A stretch of DNA of 64,000 nt from Acutalibacteraceae bacterium (GTDB lineage Bacteria; Bacillota; Clostridia; Oscillospirales; Acutalibacteraceae): NCBI GenBank assembly GCA_045595725.1, contig JAZOAY010000007.1, forward strand, positions 595-64,594. The letters are read 5' to 3'. The notes beneath the pieces are model-generated. The model did no database searches. It was not told the DNA's origin and was given only the letters and a program-made list of their open reading frames with translations. This document shows, piece by piece, positions 1 through 9,808 of the stretch (positions are counted from its first letter, which is position 1; every line of letters begins with the position of its first letter). Made by a program: the position numbers and the translations under genes.

Positions 1-451
1 AGTTATAATAAATATCGTATATATTTTCATTATCTGTATTTTGGTGAACAAAAACTGTGTCAACATTATATAATATTTTATGTCTGTTTCCCCAATAAGT
101 GTAGGTTATAACATTTACAAGAGTAAAAACAATTGCTAATATTGTAAGTATGGATAATGCCGTTTTTACTCGCGCTTCTTTTGCTTTTTGTAATGCCTCG
201 ATCACTATTTTTTCTGATTGTGAACCCACATTTGTGTTTCCTGAATATTCTCCGTCAAGTAATTCAATTACAGAAACATCTAATGTTCTTGCAAGTAAAG
301 TAAGCGATGAAATATCAGGGGCACCATTACCTGTTTCCCATTTGGAGACAGCTTTATCAGTAACGTTAAGTTTTTCTGCAAGTTGTTTTTGAGTTAGGTT
401 CATTTCTTTTCTTCGTTGCGAAATGAACTTGCCTGTCTTTCTGTTGTCCAT
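1..451 (-). CDS. XRE-family helix-turn-helix regulator with hydrophobic C-terminal segment (3' end runs off the window)
   Basis: Reverse-strand ATG at 449-451 reads MDNRKTGKFISQRRKEMNLTQKQLAEKLNVTDKAVSKWETG..., a classic HTH_3 motif. The N-terminus is paralogous to 12488..13378. It is absent from the ORF track because it is open at the window edge. The listed + ORF 150..392 is its antisense shadow. Confidence 0.8.
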   Translation of the reverse strand, partial: MDNRKTGKFISQRRKEMNLTQKQLAEKLNVTDKAVSKWETGNGAPDISSLTLLARTLDVSVIELLDGEYSGNTNVGSQSEKIVIEALQKAKEARVKTALSILTILAIVFTLVNVITYTYWGNRHKILYNVDTVFVHQNTDNENIYDIYYN

Positions 452-698
452 ATTTTCACCTTCTTTCTTATATCAATTATATCACACAATGCAAAGATAA
501 ACACTCCACTAACGGTAGATTTTGAATTCTATAATGAATTTGTTTTATGATGGGGTTCAAAAATGAGTACGAATACCAAACCAAAAACCATCCGAACTTC
601 GGGTGGTTTTTTCTTGTAAAAAATGTATTTTGTTTTTCTTTAATTATTTCAATTTACAGATATGAAAATTTCTGAATTATTGAAATTTAAAAAATCTT

Positions 699-1679
699 AT
701 GATAGAATTTTATCAAGAATATATTGGAGGATGTGAAATTAAAATTCTTGATAACAGCGATAAACATTTATTGCCGATTTTACCTGCAATTATTTTTACG
801 AAATTAAATAAGAAATCAGAAAAAATCAAATTTATTGGCGGTGGCAGTTTTGGCAGAGTTTATAAGGTTGTGCTTTCTGATAGTGAAATTATCGCTGTAA
901 AAGCTTACAGAATACAAGGTTCTCAATATAAAGAAGCAGAGCAATTGAAACTTTTGTCCGAAAATACAAGCGTGAAAATGCCAAAGGTACTTTTTACTTA
1001 TCATGATGATGAAACAGCAATTTTAGCTATGACCTTTGTTGAAGGGCAGAATGTGTTAAATCCGATATTTTTACTGAAAAGTAAGAGTCAAAAACAAAAA
1101 TTTGCTGATGATGTTGTTTCGGGTATGCTTGAATGGCACAGAGTTACAAACGATAAATTTGGATTTTTGTCAAAACCTGCGTATAACAGTTGGTACGATT
1201 TTTATAAAGCAGAAATGCAGGAGCCTTGGCTTAAAGGTCTTGAAAAAATGTCTGATAATGGTAAGTTCAGCCGTAAAAATCTCAATTTTCTCAAAGAAGC
1301 ATCTGAAATTTTTGATTGTGTTTGTCCAAAGGATGCAACACCTGTGCTTATTCACGGTGACCTTAATATAATGAACATAATGGCTGACACCAAAACAATG
1401 CAAGTTAATGGGTTTATTGACCCCTGCGGTACGATGTGGGCAGACAGAGAATATGATTTGTTTCAGCTTCGGAATATGTGGGGTGATGCATATGGTCTGT
1501 ATGAAACATATAAGAAGAAGGTTGCACTCAGTGATTTTGTTGATTTCAGAGTTGCATATTATGGTGCAATGAACGAGGCACATTGCCGTCTTGGCGGCGG
1601 TCTTATTATGCCGTTATGGGAAATTTTATGTAATAATCACTTGGATAAAGAGATAAAAAAGATAAAAGAAAAGATGTGA
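699..1679 (+). CDS. APH / fructosamine-kinase-like phosphotransferase family protein
   Basis: GGGSFGRVYK glycine loop, catalytic LIHGDLNIMN motif and IDP...DREYDL motif, typical of the aminoglycoside/fructosamine kinase fold. Confidence 0.7.
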   Translation: MIEFYQEYIGGCEIKILDNSDKHLLPILPAIIFTKLNKKSEKIKFIGGGSFGRVYKVVLSDSEIIAVKAYRIQGSQYKEAEQLKLLSENTSVKMPKVLFTYHDDETAILAMTFVEGQNVLNPIFLLKSKSQKQKFADDVVSGMLEWHRVTNDKFGFLSKPAYNSWYDFYKAEMQEPWLKGLEKMSDNGKFSRKNLNFLKEASEIFDCVCPKDATPVLIHGDLNIMNIMADTKTMQVNGFIDPCGTMWADREYDLFQLRNMWGDAYGLYETYKKKVALSDFVDFRVAYYGAMNEAHCRLGGGLIMPLWEILCNNHLDKEIKKIKEKM

Positions 1680-1683
1680 TTTA

Positions 1684-2415
1684 ATGAACATAGGAGAACT
1701 TGTAACCGTTAAGACGATTGAGAATAAAAACACTCCTGATGAAAAGCATACACCGTATAGTGCTGAAATACGTTTGCTTTCATGTGTTCAGCAAGGTGAT
1801 ATTGATTCACTGATAGCACAGCTTGAAAATATTGATTCTATTATTGTTATGGGAAGAATGTCTGATGATGATTTAATGCAGCATAAATATATGGCTGTAA
1901 GCACAATTACTCTTGCCACCCGATATGCTATCCAGGGTGGACTTAACGAAACTAAAGCCTATGAATTTTCAGACAGAGTAATAAAAATAATTGATAAGCT
2001 TACTGATAAAAATGAAATATTTATGTGCTTAGGTGTTGAAATTGTAAACCTTACTCAGGATGTAAAAAAGAATAAAAAACAACCTGAATTTTCACCGCAT
2101 ATAAGAAACTGCATGAAATATATAAATGAAAATCTTTCTCAGAAAATTGCTGTTTCTGATGTTGCAAAAAATTGTGGCATTTCAGCAGATTATTTATCAC
2201 AGATATTCAAGAAAGAAATAGGCGAAAACCTGAGTTCTTATATTGTAAGACAAAAACTGGAAAAGGCAAAAACAATGCTTCTTAACGGGCTTTCATCAAA
2301 AGATATATGTGTCGAGATAGGGTTTTCTTCACAGGCATATTTTGTAACAGTTTTTAAAAGATTTTATAAGATGACGCCATCTGAATATATCAAAATCACA
2401 AGAAGTAATTATTAA
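1684..2415 (+). CDS. AraC-family transcriptional regulator
   Basis: C-terminal dual HTH (VSDVAKNCGISADYLSQIFKKEIGENLSSYIVRQKLEKAKTMLL...IGFSSQAYFVTVFKRFYKMTPSEY). Starts 4 nt after the kinase stop. Confidence 0.85.
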   Translation: MNIGELVTVKTIENKNTPDEKHTPYSAEIRLLSCVQQGDIDSLIAQLENIDSIIVMGRMSDDDLMQHKYMAVSTITLATRYAIQGGLNETKAYEFSDRVIKIIDKLTDKNEIFMCLGVEIVNLTQDVKKNKKQPEFSPHIRNCMKYINENLSQKIAVSDVAKNCGISADYLSQIFKKEIGENLSSYIVRQKLEKAKTMLLNGLSSKDICVEIGFSSQAYFVTVFKRFYKMTPSEYIKITRSNY

Positions 2416-2581
2416 AAGCTCCAGTAGTTTCTTCTATGAGAATACCAATATTTTATTAAACATGTTATTTTGTATCTGGTGATGGCAATTAATGAAAATG
2501 TGTTTATGAATTTGTCTATTGATTTTAGAGTGGAAATAATGTAAACTTGTGAAATGACGATATTAATTTGGAGTAATTATT

Positions 2582-3397
2582 ATGGCAAAATCAAAGAAAT
2601 CAGTTAAACATAAAAAGAAATATCCACCTTTATCAAAGCAGGATAAGTTTATATATAGTTGTTTTGAAGTAATAGGTGCGATTATCGTTATAACTTCAAT
2701 GGATATATATAAAATTTTTGCACATCTAATTACTTTCAAAAAGACAGAAATATTAGCATATGAAGAAAGATGGTCAGTGTTATTACTTTTTCCTGTTATT
2801 TTTTTCTTGTTGTTTTTGGTATTGAAACCAACTTGGAAAAAGCTTCCGATTATAGGAAATAAAAAAATTGATTATTTTAACAGGACTAAATTTAAAGCTG
2901 TTTTCCCGGTGTTTGACGACAGATATAAAAATAATGAAGAATATTTGAAAAACAGAAAAATTTTCTTTAAAAAATCAGTTATATATTTTTGTGTTTTTAT
3001 AAGTCTTTTGTCAATTGGTTGTATGGGGTGTATCGGTCGTCACGAATTCAATGAAAACGGAATTGTGACATATAGTATTCTGAATAATAAAACAGCAGAA
3101 TATTCCTATGACGAAGTTGAAAGCTTTCGTGTCAGTGCTGATAGGAATAGTGTAAGAAGTACGAGAGGCATACATTACTATACTTATGGTATGAGCTTGA
3201 CTATGAATATGAATAACGGTGAAACTTTTACGGCAAGTTATGACAGAGCAAGGGATGTATATGCACTCGAAAAAATAAAAAATCAGCTCAAGGATAAAAA
3301 GAAAACTGTAGATACATATTATCTTCAGGACTTTATAGACAGATACGATTTCACAGACGACGAGTTGCAAGTTATTGACAAAATTTTTGAAGAATAA
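2582..3397 (+). CDS. hypothetical membrane protein
   Basis: Long ORF with several hydrophobic segments. No recognisable family motif. Confidence 0.5.
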   Translation: MAKSKKSVKHKKKYPPLSKQDKFIYSCFEVIGAIIVITSMDIYKIFAHLITFKKTEILAYEERWSVLLLFPVIFFLLFLVLKPTWKKLPIIGNKKIDYFNRTKFKAVFPVFDDRYKNNEEYLKNRKIFFKKSVIYFCVFISLLSIGCMGCIGRHEFNENGIVTYSILNNKTAEYSYDEVESFRVSADRNSVRSTRGIHYYTYGMSLTMNMNNGETFTASYDRARDVYALEKIKNQLKDKKKTVDTYYLQDFIDRYDFTDDELQVIDKIFEE

Positions 3398-3441
3398 TCA
3401 GGCTCTGTTTTATGGTGAAACGTTCGGGTTTTATACTACTC

Positions 3442-3469
3442 TTGCATTTTTTCATATTTATGTTATAAT
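3442..3469 (+). promoter_or_regulatory. sigma-A-type promoter (TTGCAT, 16 nt spacer, extended TGtTATAAT)
   Basis: TTGCAT at 3442-3447 and TG-n-TATAAT at 3461-3469. The predicted start is about 10 nt before the leader RBS. Confidence 0.55.
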
Positions 3470-3499
3470 CATTTAAAATTCTATTTGGAGGAAAATGGT

Positions 3500-3535
3500 A
3501 TGTTCTTTATCTTTAGACGACGCAGACGAAGATAG
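3500..3535 (+). CDS. candidate leader peptide MFFIFRRRRRR (11 codons, six consecutive Arg)
   Basis: GGAGG at 3487-3491 lies 8 nt before the ATG at 3500. Reading: atg ttc ttt atc ttt aga cga cgc aga cga aga tag. It sits between a promoter and a terminator upstream of the methyltransferase. Confidence 0.45.
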   Translation: MFFIFRRRRRR

Positions 3536-3613
3536 CTTGTATCTTGTATTGGGTACAGGCTTGAAAGCTATGTGCCTGATAGAGTGATAAAGAAAAGTTT
3601 ACCTTTTATATTA

Positions 3614-3649
3614 CTGTTAATGGCACAAAGCTATTAACAGTATTTTTTA
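3614..3649 (+). terminator. intrinsic terminator / attenuator hairpin upstream of the methyltransferase
   Basis: CTGTTAAT (3614-3621) pairs with ATTAACAG (3633-3640), followed by TATTTTTTAT. It lies inside the 5' leader, 19 nt before the ATG at 3668. Confidence 0.6.
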
Positions 3650-3667
3650 TTTGGAGGAATAACAAAA

Positions 3668-4414
3668 ATGAACAGTTTTAAATATAAGACATTATTCAAT
3701 GTAATTTCAGAGCAAACAGATTTACCTGATAATGCGGTGATTGCGGATTTAGGTTGTAAAGATGCAACATTTCTTTTGGCTTTTCAAAAAGCCTTTCCAA
3801 ACAAAATCAAGTCAGCTGTGGGCGTAGATATAACTGACAAATGGTTTAACAATGTTAAATATAAAAAGCCGATTAAGCTTAAGGTTATGAATTGCTCAAA
3901 GAAACTTAACTTTGCTGATAATACGTTTGATTTTATCTTTACAAAAGATATGTTTGAATGTGTGCTGGATAAAGACTTTTTAGTGAGTGAAATTTATAGA
4001 ATTTTAAAACCCGGCGGAGTTGTTATTTGTGTAAACTGTGATTGGGACAGTATTATATATAACGGTGAAAATAAAGAGCTTATTTCAAATGTGATTCACT
4101 CTTATGCCGTAACAAAACAACCATGGATGGAAGACCTTGACAGTTGGATAGGCAGAAGAATGTACGGATTTTTTAACAAAAGCAATTTATTTAAAAATAC
4201 AGTAGGTGTTCACAATGTTGTTGAAACCGAATATAAAGAGGGCACTTTTGGTTATGATTTAAGCAAAGATATTGCGTGGCTTTATAAGGAAGAAACAGGA
4301 AAATTAAATAAAGAAGAGTATGATGAGTTTATTGAGAATTTGAAAAAAGCACATCAAGAAGGAACTTATATTTTTTCAAAACCTTATTACATTTATAAAG
4401 GTATTAAATTGTAA
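3668..4414 (+). CDS. class I SAM-dependent methyltransferase
   Basis: Motif I VIADLGCKD and post-I/II ILKPGGVVI, Methyltransf_11-like. GGAGG RBS at 3653-3657. Confidence 0.8.
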   Translation: MNSFKYKTLFNVISEQTDLPDNAVIADLGCKDATFLLAFQKAFPNKIKSAVGVDITDKWFNNVKYKKPIKLKVMNCSKKLNFADNTFDFIFTKDMFECVLDKDFLVSEIYRILKPGGVVICVNCDWDSIIYNGENKELISNVIHSYAVTKQPWMEDLDSWIGRRMYGFFNKSNLFKNTVGVHNVVETEYKEGTFGYDLSKDIAWLYKEETGKLNKEEYDEFIENLKKAHQEGTYIFSKPYYIYKGIKL

Positions 4415-4680
4415 TTTTTATCGAATAAACATTTCTGAGTCCGTAGCAATATTGGGTTAAATGTTTTACAATATAGCTATAGCAACTCAGATTCGGACGG
4501 AGGGTTATTTTGTGAAACTTTTGCTTTTAGCCGACATGGAAACTGATTTTGGTATAGTATTGGAAAGTTGCGATGCTGAGATTAGTCGTATATCTTTAAA
4601 AGATGCATTTGATATTTGTTTTGATGTTTACGATGCTTAGGTTGTTTCTGGCGAAATAAAGTACTTTTTTCGGAAGTGTT

Positions 4681-5991
4681 TTATTTTTTGTTCAAATCGT
4701 CTGTTGCGGGATTGTCTATGAGTTCGCCGCTTTCGGTAAATCTTGAACCGTGGCAGGGGCAATCCCATGAATGTTCTTCTTTGTTGTATCTGAGGGCACA
4801 ACCAAGATGGGGACATCTGGGAACAGTAGGGGTAATAATTCCCGTAACAGAATGAAATATATTTGAAAAAAGTTGCGCATTGAGAATTGAGCGTGTGGAA
4901 GAAAAAACATCAGCGCATGGATTGTGTACACCTGTTATCATATCACTTAAAATTTCAGATGCAACCATCGAAGATGTCATTCCCCATTTGTTGAAACCTG
5001 TAGCCACATAGATGTCTTCGGAAAGTTTTGAATATTTACCGATATAGGGAATGGAGTCGAGGCTTATGCAGTCCTGTGTGGCAAAATGATAACCGATTTC
5101 AGCCTGAGGGAAATTATCTGTACAGAATTTTTCGAGAACTTTATATCCGCCACCATTTTTTCCTGTTCTGTGGTCACCGCCACCTATGAGAAGATAATTT
5201 TTATAATTTCTGAATGAAAATCCGTTTTCTTTATCCTCAAGATACATTCCGTTAACATCAGGTGCATTTTTTGCAGCAACAACGTAGGAGCGATGCTGAT
5301 ATAATTTCAGGGGATATAAACCATGTTTGTTTATTATGGGAAAATGTGTTGCAATAATTATTTTTTCTGCAGTTATACTTCCGTTTTCACAAAGTACTTT
5401 TTTCGGCATGAATTCAGTAACTTTTGAGTTTTCATAAATTCTTAGACCTTTTGCTGCGGAAAACATAAATTTAAGTGGATGAAATTGAGCCTGTCTGCTG
5501 ATTTTTACTGCTCCGGAGCATTCTACCGGTAACGGAATATCAGAAAGAAACTCAGCGTCAACACCCAATTTTTCATAGGCTCTTATTTCGTTTTCAATTT
5601 TTTTACGATCTGTTCCCGAATAAATATATGCATCTTTTTCTTCAAAATCACAAGAAAAAGTGTCACTCATTTCACGAAATTTTTCAAGTGCATTTTTGTT
5701 TGCTGTCAGATATTGATGCGCTTTTTCTGTACCAAAATTTTTTATAAGTTTATCGTAAAGAATACCATGCTGAAAAGTTATTTTTGCGGTGGTGTTTTTA
5801 GTTACACCTGAACCGATAGTTTTTGCTTCAAGCAGAATACAGTCCACACCTCTGTCGGTCAGTTCTTTAATACACAAAATTCCTGCAAGACCGCCGCCTA
5901 CAATTACCACATCTGTTTTTAAATCACCTTGAAGCATGGGAAAACTTACTCTTTCAGAAGTATCACTCCATAAAGAATTCAAAAAAATCAC
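4681..5991 (-). CDS. FAD-dependent oxidoreductase fused to a C-terminal Rieske [2Fe-2S] domain (YhfW-like architecture)
   Basis: N-terminal VVIVGGGLAG dinucleotide fold. C-terminal CPHLGC...CPCHGSRF Rieske motif. The true start is probably the TTG at 5982, downstream of a GAGAGGTG RBS. Confidence 0.85.
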   Translation of the reverse strand: MIFLNSLWSDTSERVSFPMLQGDLKTDVVIVGGGLAGILCIKELTDRGVDCILLEAKTIGSGVTKNTTAKITFQHGILYDKLIKNFGTEKAHQYLTANKNALEKFREMSDTFSCDFEEKDAYIYSGTDRKKIENEIRAYEKLGVDAEFLSDIPLPVECSGAVKISRQAQFHPLKFMFSAAKGLRIYENSKVTEFMPKKVLCENGSITAEKIIIATHFPIINKHGLYPLKLYQHRSYVVAAKNAPDVNGMYLEDKENGFSFRNYKNYLLIGGGDHRTGKNGGGYKVLEKFCTDNFPQAEIGYHFATQDCISLDSIPYIGKYSKLSEDIYVATGFNKWGMTSSMVASEILSDMITGVHNPCADVFSSTRSILNAQLFSNIFHSVTGIITPTVPRCPHLGCALRYNKEEHSWDCPCHGSRFTESGELIDNPATDDLNKK

Positions 5992-6124
5992 CTCTCATTT
6001 CATTTTGCTCAGTTTTATTGTAAAAATGAAATAAATTATTTTTTTTGAAAACTTTTACATTAAAAAATATGTGATAAAGGGTGTTTTATTTTTAAATATG
6101 TGATATAATGTCCCCGGTGATTTT

Positions 6125-7519
6125 ATGAGTACTTTAAAAAATAATTTAATAGGCGACAGAAAATTTTACCGCCGTGTTATAGCAATTGTACTTCCGCTTA
6201 TTATCCAGAATACAATTACTAATGTTGTAAGTCTTCTTGATAACGTTATGGTGGGAAGTGTGGGTACACTTCAAATGTCTTCAGTTGCAATTGTTAATCA
6301 GCTTATCTTTGTTTTCAACCTCTGTATTTTCGGTGGTCTTGCAGGTGCAGGTATTTTTTCTACTCAGTTTGCAGGTGCGGGAGATAATGACGGTGTGCGT
6401 CATTGTTTCAGAATGAAAGTTTATATCGGCAGTGCAATGTTTATCCTTGCTTCTCTTGTTTTTACTTTTTTATCCGAACCGCTGATTTCTTCGTATCTTG
6501 CAGAAGATACTTCTTCTGCAGATGCTTCAGCCACGTTAGGGTATGGCATTGATTATCTGAGAATTATGATAATAGGACTGCTGCCTTTTACTGTTTCACA
6601 GATTTATGCAAGTTCACTCCGAGAACTTGGTGAAACAAAGCTTCCGATGATTGCAAGCATTGTTTCAATTTTTGTAAATCTTATTTTTAACTATCTCCTG
6701 ATTTTCGGTAAATTCGGTTTCCCTTGTCTTGGTGTTTCAGGTGCGGCAATTGCAACTGTTATGTCACGTTTTGTGGAGGCAATTATAATTGTAGCTGTCG
6801 TAAGTATCAGAAAAAAAGACTTTCCGTTTATCAAGGGCGCTTTCAGCAGCTTTTATATTCCGGGGAAACTTTCAAAAGACATTTTTACGAAGGGAATGCC
6901 CTTGCTTGTAAATGAATTTCTTTGGTCTGCAGGTATGGCGGTACTTTTGCAATGCTACTCCGTCAGAGGTCTTGATGTTGTGGCGGCAGTAAACATTTCA
7001 AACACAATCAACAATCTTTTCAATGTGATTTATATTTCCATGGGAAGTGCCGTGGGAATAATTGTGGGTCAGCATTTAGGTGCAGATAATATAAAAGAAG
7101 CAAAGGTTTCTGTATGGCGACTTATTGCCCTTTCAATTGCAACATGCCTTGTTATGGGCGGTTTTATGGCAGCACTTGCACCATTTATTCCGGAAATTTA
7201 CAATACTGAACCCCATGTGAAAGAAATGGCAACAAAATTCCTTTTTGTTGTGTCGGGACTTATGCCTGTTTTTTCTTTTGCACATTGTTGTTACTTTACT
7301 CTTCGCTCGGGAGGAAGAACAATTCTTACATTTGTTTTTGACAGTGTTTTTACATGGGGACTTGTGGTTCCCTTTGCATACTGTCTTGCAAAATTCACAT
7401 CACTTCCAATTGTTCCGTTGTATCTTGCGGTAAGTTCACTTGAACTTGTAAAATGTGTGGTAGGATTTATTCTTGTGAAAAAGGGACTATGGATAAGAAA
7501 TATTGTAAGTGATAAATAA
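6125..7519 (+). CDS. MATE-family efflux transporter
   Basis: About 12 TM segments. The N-terminal motif PLIIQNTITNVVSLLDNVMVG is typical of MATE/NorM proteins. Confidence 0.85.
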   Translation: MSTLKNNLIGDRKFYRRVIAIVLPLIIQNTITNVVSLLDNVMVGSVGTLQMSSVAIVNQLIFVFNLCIFGGLAGAGIFSTQFAGAGDNDGVRHCFRMKVYIGSAMFILASLVFTFLSEPLISSYLAEDTSSADASATLGYGIDYLRIMIIGLLPFTVSQIYASSLRELGETKLPMIASIVSIFVNLIFNYLLIFGKFGFPCLGVSGAAIATVMSRFVEAIIIVAVVSIRKKDFPFIKGAFSSFYIPGKLSKDIFTKGMPLLVNEFLWSAGMAVLLQCYSVRGLDVVAAVNISNTINNLFNVIYISMGSAVGIIVGQHLGADNIKEAKVSVWRLIALSIATCLVMGGFMAALAPFIPEIYNTEPHVKEMATKFLFVVSGLMPVFSFAHCCYFTLRSGGRTILTFVFDSVFTWGLVVPFAYCLAKFTSLPIVPLYLAVSSLELVKCVVGFILVKKGLWIRNIVSDK

Positions 7520-7564
7520 AAAAGTATCACCGTAATTCTAAGAAAAAGAATTACGGTGAATTTT

Positions 7565-8416
7565 TTATTTAATATAAAGTGTGTCGTTTTCTTCTTTAAG
7601 GTCGAACATTACAGGTCTTTCAAGGGGATTTTCATTAGGTGAATGGAGAATAAGTTTCAGTTCATTTTCACGTGTTCTGAAAATCATTCCATGACCGCCA
7701 TCTTTCTCGAACAGAAGTCTGTCATCGTGAATCCATTTTCCGTCGATATGACCGTTGTCGGAGTAAATCATTGCCTGACAGTAATCGTGGTTATAAAAGC
7801 TTGACCAGATAAGAATAAGTTTTCCGTTTTCTGTTCTGTAAGCAAACGGTCCGTCTGTAACAAAGGTTTCTCTTGTTTTGTCAACCCAGCAAGGATCTGA
7901 TGCTTTAAAAAGATAAATGGGTTCACCTACAGCCTTCTTAAGGTCGTCACTCAGTTCAACTGCCCACACTTCACCGTCTTTCACCTGTACCCATTCATGA
8001 CAGAAAACAATGTAAGGTTTTCCGTTATCAACCACAAAAGTTCCGTCAAGGCACATCCATTCTTCGGGAGTTACAGGGCCATTGCTATGAGGGACAAAAG
8101 GACCTTCAGGTTTTTCTGATTTCAGAATCTGAGTACCTCTCATTCGCGTATCGCTGAAAAAACTTACAAACATGTAAAAACTGCCTTTGTAAAAGTGCAC
8201 TTCAGGTGCCCAGAAATTTTTGTCTGCCCAGAAGTTTTCAGGAGGAAGAAAAACATCTTTTATTTCTGTCCAGTTTTCTAAATCATCACTTACATAAACG
8301 TCAAGACCCGTGCTTTTGTCAGTCCATGCCTCACTTCCTCTTGTGCCGTACATGTAATATTTATTATCATGTAAAAGAACAAATGGGTCTCTTATATTAA
8401 TATCTGCAAATTTCAT
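7565..8416 (-). CDS. glycoside hydrolase family 43 protein
   Basis: IRDPFVLLHDNKYYMYGT and FWAPEV motifs of GH43. The start is taken at the ATG at 8416, preceded by a GAGGTG RBS. Confidence 0.8.
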   Translation of the reverse strand: MKFADINIRDPFVLLHDNKYYMYGTRGSEAWTDKSTGLDVYVSDDLENWTEIKDVFLPPENFWADKNFWAPEVHFYKGSFYMFVSFFSDTRMRGTQILKSEKPEGPFVPHSNGPVTPEEWMCLDGTFVVDNGKPYIVFCHEWVQVKDGEVWAVELSDDLKKAVGEPIYLFKASDPCWVDKTRETFVTDGPFAYRTENGKLILIWSSFYNHDYCQAMIYSDNGHIDGKWIHDDRLLFEKDGGHGMIFRTRENELKLILHSPNENPLERPVMFDLKEENDTLYIK

Positions 8417-8539
8417 TTTTATCACCTCAGAAAATTTTATCATATAAGAAAAAATATTTCAATAACCCATGGTATTTATCCCTTGAAAAAAAGAATCTAA
8501 TCAAGTATAATACTAAAAATCCCTTTTAAGGAGAATATT

Positions 8540-9709
8540 ATGTCAGCACTTCTTATTGTTATTTACATAGTTTTTGTGTCATTGGGACTGCCTGATTCAC
8601 TTTTCGGAGTTGCATAGCCTGTTGTTCACGGTGAATTCGGTGTTGCAGAAAGTTTTGCTTCTGCTTACAGTATTATCACAGGTGTCTGCACGGGCGGTGT
8701 AAGTTTTGTTGCAGGAAAAATGTTGAGAAAATTCGGCACGGCAAAGGTGACCTTGTTCTCAACTTTCCTTACTGTTATTGCACTTCTGGGAATGAGCTTT
8801 TCGCCAAATATTGTTGTGATGATGGTCTTTGCAATAATGCTCGGTTACGGTGCAGGTGCAATTGACACAGGTCTTAACAATTTCATATCTCTCCATTATG
8901 AAGCAAGACACATGAACTGGCTTCATTGCTGTTGGGGTCTCGGTGTTACAATCAGTCCGCTTATTATGTCGCGATTTCTTACTGATGAAATCGGCTCATG
9001 GAGAAACGGCTACAGAGTTGTTGCACTTCTTCAGCTTTCAATTACTGTGATAATTTTTCTTTCACTTAAAAAATGGGAAGCGAAAGAAAAAGAAGTCGCA
9101 CCTGCAGAAGAAGAAAATCAGGGCGGAGGTAAACTTTTTGATTTGCTGAAAATGAAAGGTGTAATTACAAGCATTCTTTCAATGGGGCTTTACTGCGGCA
9201 TGGAATTCTCCCTTGGCACATGGGGTGCAACTTATGCAGTAAATTCATTTAAAATTTTTCCTGATGAAGCAGCAAAATGGATGTCGCTTTATTGGGGAGG
9301 TATTATGCTTGGAAGAGTAATTTCAGGTTTTGTTTCCATGAAAATCAGTGACAAAAATCTTGTCCGTGGCGGTATTATAACATCATTTCTCGGTATTATA
9401 ATTTTTGCATTGCCTCTTGGAAAGCTTTCATTGCTCGGTTTTCTTCTTATCGGCATCGGTTTCGGACCAATATTCCCGAGTATTCTCCACAGCGTCCCCG
9501 AAAGATTCGGAACAACTTATTCGGCCGACCTTACAGGATATCACATGGGCGGTGCATACGGATTTGGTTTTGCATTTCAACTTATTTATGGGTACGTTGC
9601 AACGGCAACAACATTTAAAATTACACCATTTTTCCTGATAATACTCTGTGCGGGAGTTTTCCTTGCGAATGAGAAAACGTTGAGGACTCTGAAAAAATTC
9701 AAATCATAA
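8540..9709 (+). pseudogene. MFS transporter interrupted by an in-frame TAG at codon 26
   Basis: AAGGAG RBS, then ATG at 8540: MSALLIVIYIVFVSLGLPDSLFGVA*PVVHGEF.... It continues in the same frame into ORF 8720..9709. The TAG at 8615-8617 replaces what looks like the conserved Trp of an A-W-P motif. Confidence 0.75.
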
Positions 9710-9722
9710 CATGGGAAAAAAG

Positions 9723-9757
9723 GTTCCCCTTGAACACAAGGGGAACTGTTGTTTTTG
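9723..9757 (+). terminator. intrinsic terminator after the MFS gene
   Basis: GTTCCCCTT-GAACAC-AAGGGGAAC hairpin followed by TGTTGTTTTT. Confidence 0.75.
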
Positions 9758-9808
9758 CAAGAAAATGAATGAGGAGATTTTAGCTTGAAATATTTTTCAT
9801 ATTATTAC

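Noticed and set aside
150-392. Listed 80-aa + strand ORF
   Set aside because: It lies entirely antisense to a much better supported XRE-HTH gene (1..451, minus strand). It has no RBS and a low-complexity composition, so it is treated as a shadow ORF.
4681-5991. FAD-oxidoreductase-Rieske fusion as a novel architecture
   Set aside because: The same domain fusion is a known family (B. subtilis YhfW-like), so it is annotated as a feature only.
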